Shown here piece after piece: positions 19,093 through 26,834 of a stretch of 64,000 nt of DNA. A program made the position numbers and the translations under genes. Positions within the stretch are counted from its first letter, which is position 1. Every line of letters begins with the position of its first letter. Below the pieces are notes generated by a model that saw only the letters and a program-made list of their open reading frames with translations, had not been told where the DNA came from and did no database searches. Location of the stretch: contig AP038806.1 in NCBI GenBank assembly GCA_047150005.1, positions 1,120,001 through 1,184,000 of the forward strand, given 5' to 3'. Origin of the DNA: Nitrospira sp. GTDB lineage: Bacteria; Nitrospirota; Nitrospiria; Nitrospirales; Nitrospiraceae.

Positions 19093-19385
19093 GCTCGCCT
19101 CCGACTACTCTTTTGGAAATTGCGCCCCCGTTTTACCGAACGGGGGCTGATGGTCCGGGCGCGACGCCGGCTGTCGCCGCCGGTCGCGCCGTACCTGATC
19201 GCCTCCGGCCGTCGCTCACCATTGCGATCCAACGCGCGGAGTACCTGCTCTAGATCGAACCGCAAGACCCGGCATACCCTTCGCCCAGGAATCATCTTCT
19301 TCGAGTACCCTCGATAGATCGTGTCCTCGTGGACGCCCAGTTCCTCTGCCAATTGCTTTACCGATAAACTCTGTCGTTTCATCAC
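19089..19385 (-). CDS. HTH DNA-binding protein (excisionase/MerR-like)
   Basis: LSVKQLAEELGVHEDTIYR...IP...LRFD; coupled to Rep. Confidence 0.75.
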   Translation of the reverse strand: MMKRQSLSVKQLAEELGVHEDTIYRGYSKKMIPGRRVCRVLRFDLEQVLRALDRNGERRPEAIRYGATGGDSRRRARTISPRSVKRGRNFQKSSRRRA

Positions 19386-19451
19386 ATGTCCTTTCTGGTC
19401 TCTGTGCTATGGCGGCCACCATAGCGTGCTGGCCGATGCATCAAGAAGACC

Positions 19452-19493
19452 GCTTATTGCCGCTGATGTCTGCTTATTGCCGCAGATGTCTGC
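19452..19493. repeat. 20-bp tandem direct repeat upstream of the replication operon
   Basis: gcttattgccgctgatgtct gcttattgccgcagatgtct gc (19/20 identical). Confidence 0.8.
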
Positions 19494-19877
19494 ACCATCC
19501 CGTGGCAGGGGAAGCGACCGACGCAAATTCAGGACTGTTTACGGAAGGGACTCCACGGCGGGTAGCAATGCAAGCGAGATTGAATACACATAGGAATACG
19601 AAGTGTAATGGAATGAAGTACTATTCGGAATACCGCTTAGGGGGGATCGAGCACGTAATGAGTCAAGCAATTGAGAAAGCAGAAAAGACCATCGAAAACT
19701 ATAGCTAAAGCCTCCGATCAGGCCTTACCTTCGCCTTCGCTAGGGCTCGCTCCGACAAGGGGTGAGCCCCTTCCTCTTCGTTGAGGTCGCGAGCCGGGGA
19801 GAGTCCGGCTTATCGGGAGCGAACCGGCGGCCTCGGAGGGAACTATGCCGTGGATAACTCGGAAAGCAAACAGGACG

Positions 19878-20087
19878 TCATGCAGGCGGGAAAATCGGCC
19901 CGAAAAATTCGCCGTTACAGTACTCGATATCCTTCGTTATGTTAGTGGCGCCGTGATCATCGAGCGGCCAAACATACCGCTGATTACCGCCGGTACCGAA
20001 AATCTTCACGGGATGGGCGTGACTGGAAGGGGACGTGCGATACCAATACCAACCCTGAACCGTTGGTTTGGTGATTGTCCATTCCAT
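19878..20087 (-). CDS. Small hypothetical protein (69 aa, WxxxKPxxxGWYWYR...GPIxPP)
   Basis: C-terminal part of the long antisense ORF that lies outside the MTase; motif pattern resembles small MGE proteins; RBS weak. Confidence 0.45.
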   Translation of the reverse strand: MEWTITKPTVQGWYWYRTSPSSHAHPVKIFGTGGNQRYVWPLDDHGATNITKDIEYCNGEFFGPIFPPA

Positions 20088-20126
20088 GAGGACGGATTCG
20101 AGTTCACTCCTTAGGTTTCGCCGAGC

Positions 20127-20152
20127 ATGGTCGGTATTATGGTCGGTATTAT
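20127..20152. repeat. 12-bp tandem repeat atggtcggtatt x2
   Basis: Seen directly. Confidence 0.7.
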
Positions 20153-20276
20153 AGATACATCTGTAAAAAGGCAAGACTTGAATTCGCTTAAGGAGAGAGG
20201 TATAAGGGGTCTCCAATCTGTCTGAACACCCCAAGAGACCTTCTTCAACTCTATGCCTAGGCCCTCGTCTGTCCAA

Positions 20277-21494
20277 ATGCCGAACGAGTCCCTGAGCCGA
20301 AGCCTGACCGCCGCGAGGGCGGCCAAGCAGGATGAGTTCTACACCCAGTACGTCGACATTCAGAAAGAGGTCGAGGCTTACCTTGAGTTCGACCACGACG
20401 CCTTCAGCGGCAAGGTCGTCTATTGCAACTGCGACGACCCTTTCGAGAGCAACTTCTTCAAGTACTTCGCTGCCAACTTCAACAAGCTTGGCCTCAAGAA
20501 GCTCGTCACCACCAGCTACGACGGCTCCCCGATCGCCGGCCAGGGCACCTTGTTCCCGGAATACGACGAGGGGAATGGCAAACGGCAGAAGCCCAAGGCG
20601 CTCGCCGTCATCGTGGACCATGTGAAAGACGAGGACGGAGACGGCGCGATCAACATAGACGACGTCAAGCTCTTCCTCAAGCGTAACAAGGCCGCCAGGA
20701 TAGCCTTGAAAGCAAACGACAAGTATGCCGGTGGCGATTTCCGCAGCCCCGAGTGCATCGCGCTTCTCAAAGAGGCGGACATCGTCGTCACGAACCCTCC
20801 GTTCTCCCTGTTCAAGGAATACGTCGCTCAGCTCGTGGAGCACGGAAAGAAGTTCCTGATCATTGGCAACGTTCAGGCCCTCACCTACAAGGAGATCTTT
20901 CCGCTCATCAAGGCCAACAAGTTGTGGATGGGTGTCACCATCCACAGCGGCGACCGCGAGTTCCGCGTTCCAGACCACTATCCGCTGAACGCGGCTGGTT
21001 GGCGCGTTGACGAAAATGGCGTCAAGTACATCCGCGTCAAGGGCGTCCGCTGGTACACAAACCTGGACCATGGGCGCCGCCATCAGGAACTGCCGCTCAT
21101 GACCTTGAACGACAACCTGCGGTTCAGCAAACACAACGAGATCAAGGGGAAGGCGGCTTATGACCGGTACGAAAACTACGATGCGATAGAAGTTCCCTTT
21201 ACGGACGCAATCCCCAGCGATTACGGCGGCGTCATGGGCGTACCGATCTCCTTCGTGGATAAGTACAACCCCGACCAGTTCGAAATTGTCGGAACCCTTG
21301 AATCCAGTGACCCGGACAACCCATATAGGACTCGGTGGTACTCGGCTCAGGACCAGAAAGACGCCTTCTTCCGTCGGTTCGGCAAGCCCGGAAGTATTCC
21401 GCTCAACATGTCTGGCGTTATCAATGACGTCAAGGTGTTCAAGCGCATCCTCATCCGCCACCGCGCGCGGCCCGCAAGAAGGGCGAAAAAGTGA
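20277..21494 (+). CDS. Adenine-specific DNA methyltransferase, EcoRI family
   Basis: DEFYT, VYCNCDDP, GDFRSPEC, VVTNPPFSLF, GVMGVPI. Confidence 0.88.
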   Translation: MPNESLSRSLTAARAAKQDEFYTQYVDIQKEVEAYLEFDHDAFSGKVVYCNCDDPFESNFFKYFAANFNKLGLKKLVTTSYDGSPIAGQGTLFPEYDEGNGKRQKPKALAVIVDHVKDEDGDGAINIDDVKLFLKRNKAARIALKANDKYAGGDFRSPECIALLKEADIVVTNPPFSLFKEYVAQLVEHGKKFLIIGNVQALTYKEIFPLIKANKLWMGVTIHSGDREFRVPDHYPLNAAGWRVDENGVKYIRVKGVRWYTNLDHGRRHQELPLMTLNDNLRFSKHNEIKGKAAYDRYENYDAIEVPFTDAIPSDYGGVMGVPISFVDKYNPDQFEIVGTLESSDPDNPYRTRWYSAQDQKDAFFRRFGKPGSIPLNMSGVINDVKVFKRILIRHRARPARRAKK

Positions 21495-22657
21495 AGACCA
21501 CGCTGAAAATTGACATTACCGTCGCCGGCATTTGCGCTGGGTTTGTGTACAACCAATTAGAGGGCAAGGGGCTGTATGGGCTGGGCGGAAAGCTCACCAT
21601 TCAGCCGGAGTACCAGCGCAACTACATATATGCTGACGGCGGCGGAAAGAAAGAGGCGGCGGTCATCGAATCGCTGCTCAAGGGTTATCCCCTCGGGCTG
21701 ATCTACTTCAACAAAGTCGGTGAGGACAAGTTCGAGGTATTGGATGGGCAGCAGCGGATCACCAGTATTGGACGGTTCGTTACGAACAAGTTCGCGATCA
21801 TGGATAACGGCAATCCGAAGAACTTCGAAAGCCTCCCCGCCGACCAACAAGCCAAGATTCTGGACTCGAAATTACTGATCTACGAGTGCGAAGGCACGGA
21901 GACCGAGATCAAGCGGTGGTTTGAGACTATCAACATCGCAGGCGTGCCTCTCAACCCACAAGAGCTCTTGAACGCGATCTACTCCGGGCCGTTCGTGACG
22001 CTTGCCAAGGCTGAGTTCAGCAACAGCCAGAACGCGAACATCCAGAAATGGAGCGCGTACATCAAGGGCAGTGCGAACCGGCAGGAGTTCTTGGAGCGCG
22101 CGCTGGAGTGGGTGAGCAAGGGCGATATCGGCAGCTACATGAACCAGCATCGCAAAGATAACCAGATCAATGAGCTGAAGACTTATTTCAACAGCGTAAT
22201 CGACTGGGTGTCGAGCGTGTTCAGGGATGTTGAGAAGGAAATGCAGGGGCTGGAGTGGGGACGGCTCTACGAGCAATTCCACTCGAAGTCATATGATTCG
22301 TCCAAAGTTTCTGCCGAAGTCAAACGACTTTTTGGCGACCCCTACGTGAAAAACCGTCGCGGCGTCTTCGAATACATTCTCGGCGACCTTCAAGATTCGA
22401 AGCTCCTGGATGTAAGGGTGTTTGACGAAGCAACCAAACGGTCCGTCTACGCCAAGCAGACTACAGCTGCCCAAGCCAGTAGCACATCGAATTGTCCGCT
22501 CTGCGCAGTCGGCCATGCCGCCAACAAGAGCAAGACATGGAAGTTCGACGATATGGACGCCGACCACGTTTCGGCATGGAGCAAGGGCGGCGGAAGCTCG
22601 GCTGAGAACTGCCAAATGCTCTGCACTACCCACAATCGGGCCAAAGGCAACAGGTAG
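21491..22657 (+). CDS. DUF262 (GmrS/ParB-like) + HNH endonuclease
   Basis: QPEYQRNY, LDGQQR, FETIN; C-terminal CPLC...DADH...GG...NCQMLC..HNRAKG; GTGA overlap with MTase. Confidence 0.85.
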   Translation: MKTTLKIDITVAGICAGFVYNQLEGKGLYGLGGKLTIQPEYQRNYIYADGGGKKEAAVIESLLKGYPLGLIYFNKVGEDKFEVLDGQQRITSIGRFVTNKFAIMDNGNPKNFESLPADQQAKILDSKLLIYECEGTETEIKRWFETINIAGVPLNPQELLNAIYSGPFVTLAKAEFSNSQNANIQKWSAYIKGSANRQEFLERALEWVSKGDIGSYMNQHRKDNQINELKTYFNSVIDWVSSVFRDVEKEMQGLEWGRLYEQFHSKSYDSSKVSAEVKRLFGDPYVKNRRGVFEYILGDLQDSKLLDVRVFDEATKRSVYAKQTTAAQASSTSNCPLCAVGHAANKSKTWKFDDMDADHVSAWSKGGGSSAENCQMLCTTHNRAKGNR

Positions 22658-22893
22658 TATGGGCGTGCCGCGCTGTCTGATAGTCGGTGAAAGTCCGGGG
22701 AATCCAGGCAGCCTGCACTTCTACGACTCCATGGCTGCTTTGCAGGAATCTCAAAAACGCTCTCATCCGTACGCCGTGAGATCCCGCGCTGTGCTCTGGC
22801 ACATTCCTCGACATCGAGGATCTATTGTCATAGCAAGGCCGATCAATATCGCACTAAATGAGAGATAGCCTAACCGTGCATACAGACTTTGTT

Positions 22894-23355
22894 TTAGATG
22901 AGTTTGTCGCCCTGCCGAACGAGAATTTTCCCCTCGACCGGATACGGATCGTACGATGCCGCGTCGATCCAAACTTTTCCATCCCAAAGACCAGCTGTGT
23001 CGCCACAGTCGTTGTTCCAGACATAATTGCGACCAGTAAATAAATGGATGTCCGCGCCTGCTGCGTCTTCGGGGTACATCTCTGAGAGTGGAAGTTCGTC
23101 TCCTGAATGGATCCGGACCACGAGGCCGGCTTGGAGAACGCCCTTGAAGGACATTACCGCTGCCCATTTGCCGTCGCGGCAGCGATCTTGGTAAGCAATG
23201 TGTTGGAGCGAAATGCCATTGAGGGAGTACGCCTCGTCCCCGACGTTCTTAAAATCGACCCATTCGGCTGCAAGCTGCCTTTTGGGAGTAAAAGCACCAA
23301 TGCGATCTTTGCCCGACGGATTGGGTTTGGCCTTTGTTACTCGTAATACTTTCAT
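22894..23355 (-). CDS. Stand-alone lamin-tail-domain (LTD)-like protein
   Basis: NPSGKD...EWVDFKNVG...VRIHSG...VWNNDCGD pattern; no signal peptide; GGAGG RBS. Confidence 0.65.
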   Translation of the reverse strand: MKVLRVTKAKPNPSGKDRIGAFTPKRQLAAEWVDFKNVGDEAYSLNGISLQHIAYQDRCRDGKWAAVMSFKGVLQAGLVVRIHSGDELPLSEMYPEDAAGADIHLFTGRNYVWNNDCGDTAGLWDGKVWIDAASYDPYPVEGKILVRQGDKLI

Positions 23356-23376
23356 GCGAGCCCTCCTGGGGTAGTT

Positions 23377-23406
23377 GTATACGAGAATGCTTCTCGTACA
23401 CGAGAA
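23377..23406. promoter_or_regulatory. Putative operator (ACGAGAA half-sites)
   Basis: Perfect inverted repeat TACGAGAA-tgc-TTCTCGTA plus a third ACGAGAA, between the divergent LTD and Xre genes. Confidence 0.5.
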
Positions 23407-23516
23407 TTGTGCATGATTCAACCCGTCCTGTCAATGGTAAACATTCTTATAGACGATATGGCGTATTTATTGGTATAGATGCTGAGTTTCCGCTCATATA
23501 TCAAAGGAGGGCATGA

Positions 23517-23891
23517 ATGACCGACGGGGGAGTGGACGTACGTCTACTGGGACAGCACCTTCTTCGCGTGCGAAACGAGAGGAAGAAGCGCCTTACCCAA
23601 GTGGCCGACGCTACAGGGGTCAGCGTCGCTTCTTTGTCCCGAATTGAACGCGGCGGGTCTCAAAGTGTTGATGCAAAGACGCTTATTGCATTGTGCGATT
23701 GGATGACAGTGCCACTCGAATTGTTCAAGGAAAATCCACGGGCTCCAATAAAACACGGTACCAAGGCACCTACCACGCCAGACGCAGTGGAACTCCATCT
23801 CCGGGCTGACAAAAATCTGAGTCGCGCAACAGCAGATGCCCTTGCAACTCTGTTTAGGACCGCGTACGACCAGATGAGCAAGAAACCTTAA
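23517..23891 (+). CDS. Xre-family HTH regulator
   Basis: LTQVADATGVSVASLSRIERG; AGGAGG RBS. Confidence 0.88.
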   Translation: MTDGGVDVRLLGQHLLRVRNERKKRLTQVADATGVSVASLSRIERGGSQSVDAKTLIALCDWMTVPLELFKENPRAPIKHGTKAPTTPDAVELHLRADKNLSRATADALATLFRTAYDQMSKKP

Positions 23892-23904
23892 TGCGGGAAG
23901 GTCT

Positions 23905-24516
23905 GTGCTACTCCCATTCAGCCAGGCAGCGAGGTATTGGGAACCATTTGCAGACGACCTTCGAAGGCTGGCCCGTGTCGGGCCTCATGAAAAACTAGAT
24001 CCCTGGAGATTGGCAGAACATTTCGGTTTGCGAGTTCTTGAAGGGCAGTCCATCCTCAATCAGATTCCACAGGAGCAGAGATTCCATCTGAATGGTAGGG
24101 GTAAGGATGATTGGTCTGGCGGGGTGTATCCTATTCCGCTAGAGGACGGTACCTTGATTTGCATGTTGAATCCATTCCATAGTCGTCGTCGAAACAAGAT
24201 GACTCTCATGGAAGAGATATCACACATCCACATGGATCATAGCCCATCAGGTGTGTCCTACGAGGCACATGGGTTGAAAATCAGGGATTACCATGCGGCT
24301 CAGGAAAAGGAAGCCTACGGGGTCGGATCTGCGGCTCTACTTCCATGGCGCAGCTTTTTAGCAGCGTTGAAATTAGGGAAATCGGTCAACGAGCTTGCTG
24401 AAATGTTTGATGTGAGTCCTGAACTGATCCAGTATCGAATCAAAATCACGACGGGGTACAATCTATACAATAAGAAGCAACGAGAAAGGAGGAAGGACTC
24501 AACTGCTCGGGCCTGA
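23905..24516 (+). CDS. ImmA/IrrE-family metallopeptidase (EExxH variant)
   Basis: RRRNKMTLMEEISH, QEKEAY..GSAALLP, LAEMFDVS...YRI. Confidence 0.78.
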   Translation: MLLPFSQAARYWEPFADDLRRLARVGPHEKLDPWRLAEHFGLRVLEGQSILNQIPQEQRFHLNGRGKDDWSGGVYPIPLEDGTLICMLNPFHSRRRNKMTLMEEISHIHMDHSPSGVSYEAHGLKIRDYHAAQEKEAYGVGSAALLPWRSFLAALKLGKSVNELAEMFDVSPELIQYRIKITTGYNLYNKKQRERRKDSTARA

Positions 24517-25134
24517 TATCGGCTTGTGCGCGATCTTCATAAAGAGGGTTTCGCTTTCCGCGAGTAGCGGCCGCCAGACCTCAGGAGCATTGTTCGGAGG
24601 TAAGTTGAATTGCTCGATAAGAAGGCGGATCACTGATTCAATCGATACGCGATTCGTAGGAAAATGGACGTCCTCCAAGGATTGCTTTGAAGCCAAACAT
24701 GGTTCCGTCAGAGTTCCACGAACATGAACATGGGCTGAGGGATGCGGATCAGGCGGCTCTCGAACATAGTCATACCGAAAAATCCATCGATCACCTTGCG
24801 AGTCGATCTGATATTGAAAACTAGAGTTTTGCACTTTTACTCTAAGCCCTTGATCGGTTTTAGTTAAGTAGAGAGTAATGGCTACACGGAGAAAGCGTTC
24901 ATCGGAAAGTTGTACCGGATCGGTCGGACCTGCTTGTCCTCCTATCACGTAAACGCCGTTTCTCGGCCCTCTTGTCAGTCGGATAGCAGCCCCAGTGGGT
25001 AACACCGTGTGGCCCAATAGAAGTTGGACTAGGTCTCGAAACGATTTGAAGGAGTCTGGATCCTTCCCAGCCATGTAGGACTGGGTAAGTTCTCGGACTT
25101 GGCCTAGGAGGGAATACAGATCAGGCGGCGGCAA
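24499..25134 (-). CDS. Putative toxin, DUF6516/TumE-like
   Basis: FRYDY...HP.AHVH motif; overlaps the upstream small gene. Confidence 0.5.
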   Translation of the reverse strand: MPPPDLYSLLGQVRELTQSYMAGKDPDSFKSFRDLVQLLLGHTVLPTGAAIRLTRGPRNGVYVIGGQAGPTDPVQLSDERFLRVAITLYLTKTDQGLRVKVQNSSFQYQIDSQGDRWIFRYDYVREPPDPHPSAHVHVRGTLTEPCLASKQSLEDVHFPTNRVSIESVIRLLIEQFNLPPNNAPEVWRPLLAESETLFMKIAHKPISGPSS

Positions 25135-25333
25135 ACAATGGATCGTCCTCAGCTAGCAGGCTTGTCAGCGCTAGTAAGTCAGCTACTTTACCGCAGTCTC
25201 TCAGTTCACCAGCCTTATAACGGCGCACCAGTTCTTTGGCGTCTACCCCTAGACGTCGCAGTGCTTCCTTTTCAAGTTGGCGAGCGATCTGCTCGCGAGT
25301 CAATTCTAAGGTCGAGGTAGTTTCTAGTGCCAT
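25121..25333 (-). CDS. Putative antitoxin (70 aa)
   Basis: LGVDAKELVRRYKAGELRD pattern; small gene overlapping the downstream toxin-like gene. Confidence 0.5.
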   Translation of the reverse strand: MALETTSTLELTREQIARQLEKEALRRLGVDAKELVRRYKAGELRDCGKVADLLALTSLLAEDDPLFAAA

Positions 25334-25367
25334 TGGCTGACCTTCGATATTGCCTGTAGCCGGTCCT

Positions 25368-25417
25368 ATTCTACTGTCTACATGTCGGCTTGTCTACAAG
25401 TATACATGTTGACAAGC
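25368..25417 (-). promoter_or_regulatory. Sigma70 promoter overlapped by a palindromic operator (TA pair)
   Basis: Minus strand TAGACA-17 bp-TAGAAT; IR gcttgtctaca-N8-tgttgacaagc covers the -35. Confidence 0.65.
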
Positions 25418-25891
25418 TAACAGACATAGAGGATATCGTATCCCCTAAGTTATTGATTAGGCCCAGCTTTAAATAACAGCATACAGCGCGTTTTCACGCC
25501 TTCAACGCGATCGTCACCGACGGGTTAAATCGCGACCGAATCGAGTCCCGCAACCAACCTCTTCTTGAAAAGTCTCCAGAGAATCTCCAAAAGATCCAGA
25601 GACTACATCAACACCCACAACCGGATGTATCATCTCATTACAAAAGCCCTCTACTCCCGTTGGGGACACCATCACTTTTGCAGCTAGTTCTTGTGGTTGG
25701 CAGCCTTGTCATTGGCCGACCGGCTAACACCTGCGAGGCGCACCATCGCGCCAGTACAGCTGTCACTCTTGTTGCTTGATCCTCTCGGCACGCCGGCAAC
25801 GGCCTTTACGCAATTTCCTCCTTGAAATGCGCATTGGCTCTCCTCTTCTCGTGAGAGAGCCAACTTCATTTCAAACAAAGGAGGAAACAAG

Positions 25892-26176
25892 ATGGCTACC
25901 AACAACAAGAAACCCACTCAAACGCTGCGATGCGGGAACATCAAGGCGACGATCTGGGAGAATACCAGCGAGAAGGGACCGTTCTTCGCTACGACCTTCT
26001 CCCGGCCGTTCAAGGATCAGTCTGGGGAATGGCGCAACGGCACCTCATTCGGTCTCAATGACCTAGAGGCGTTGCTAACCGTGGCCCATGAGGCCAAGGA
26101 GTGGATGGCCGCTCATGCTTTGAAGCGCCGAGCTGCTTCACTGGGAAGCCTCCGGCCCTCCGAGGGCTTCCTTTAA
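25892..26176 (+). CDS. Small MGE-type hypothetical protein (IKATIWEN...FSRPFKD..GEWRNG.SF)
   Basis: AAGGAGG RBS; beta-rich, possibly an ssDNA-binding fold (inference). Confidence 0.7.
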   Translation: MATNNKKPTQTLRCGNIKATIWENTSEKGPFFATTFSRPFKDQSGEWRNGTSFGLNDLEALLTVAHEAKEWMAAHALKRRAASLGSLRPSEGFL

Positions 26177-26324
26177 AAACTTCCTGACTTTCACGGTCCA
26201 GTTATTCGTGACGATTTGAAGCTGCATAGTTAGAGACGAAGACTGAGAGGCCCAAAAACAACCTGAAACCTTAAGGCCTCAAGGTATCTTCTTGCTTCCA
26301 TGTAATCCCTGTACGTTCGTTTAG

Positions 26325-26825
26325 TTACCGTGAATCTATCTTGTATGCAGCTTCTCCGGATTCAATGCCACGTCGCGCTCGCCGAAATGCGAATTTTGGA
26401 ATCTGAGGACTCGATAGGTTGAGGTCGTCTCGTTCTTGAGCAAGGGCCTTGAGCGATCCCAACAGATCAGCCTCACCAGCTTCTGACTTCAGATCGAGGT
26501 CTCGGAACATGCGTATCCGATTACGAAGCGAGTTGTGCTTAACCCCTGCTTGGTGGTGCAGTTGGGACCGCTCGCTCGGATTCAGGAAGGTTGAGATTGC
26601 CGACAAAATGGATGCAGCAATGGCTAAAACACCGGCTGCAATGATCTCTTCTTTGAAGGCCGACGCGCTTGCGATCGCCGCAATTACCACGGTCGGGATA
26701 CCAAGCCCTAGATGCACATTCCCCCAAGCACGACCGGCCTCGAAGTGGCCCTTGGCTGAATAAAGAGAATCCTCTTCGATTCGGCTCGCTTCGGTATGCA
26801 TTTCGTCAACTAAGGATGTAGCCAT
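26325..26825 (-). CDS. SLATT-domain two-TM effector
   Basis: EDSLYSAKGHF, two TM helices, FLNPSERS..H, ARRGIESGE; downstream of CD-NTase. Confidence 0.82.
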   Translation of the reverse strand: MATSLVDEMHTEASRIEEDSLYSAKGHFEAGRAWGNVHLGLGIPTVVIAAIASASAFKEEIIAAGVLAIAASILSAISTFLNPSERSQLHHQAGVKHNSLRNRIRMFRDLDLKSEAGEADLLGSLKALAQERDDLNLSSPQIPKFAFRRARRGIESGEAAYKIDSR

Positions 26826-26834
26826 AGAAGCTCC

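Noticed and set aside
12312..19385. Conjugative element or tailed-phage satellite interpretation
   Set aside because: No VirB4/T4CP, terminase, portal or primase; Rep_trans + Zot + coat proteins fit a filamentous phage better
19878..21461. 527-aa minus-strand ORF
   Set aside because: Mostly an antisense shadow of the motif-rich MTase; only the last 69 codons outside the MTase are kept as a candidate gene
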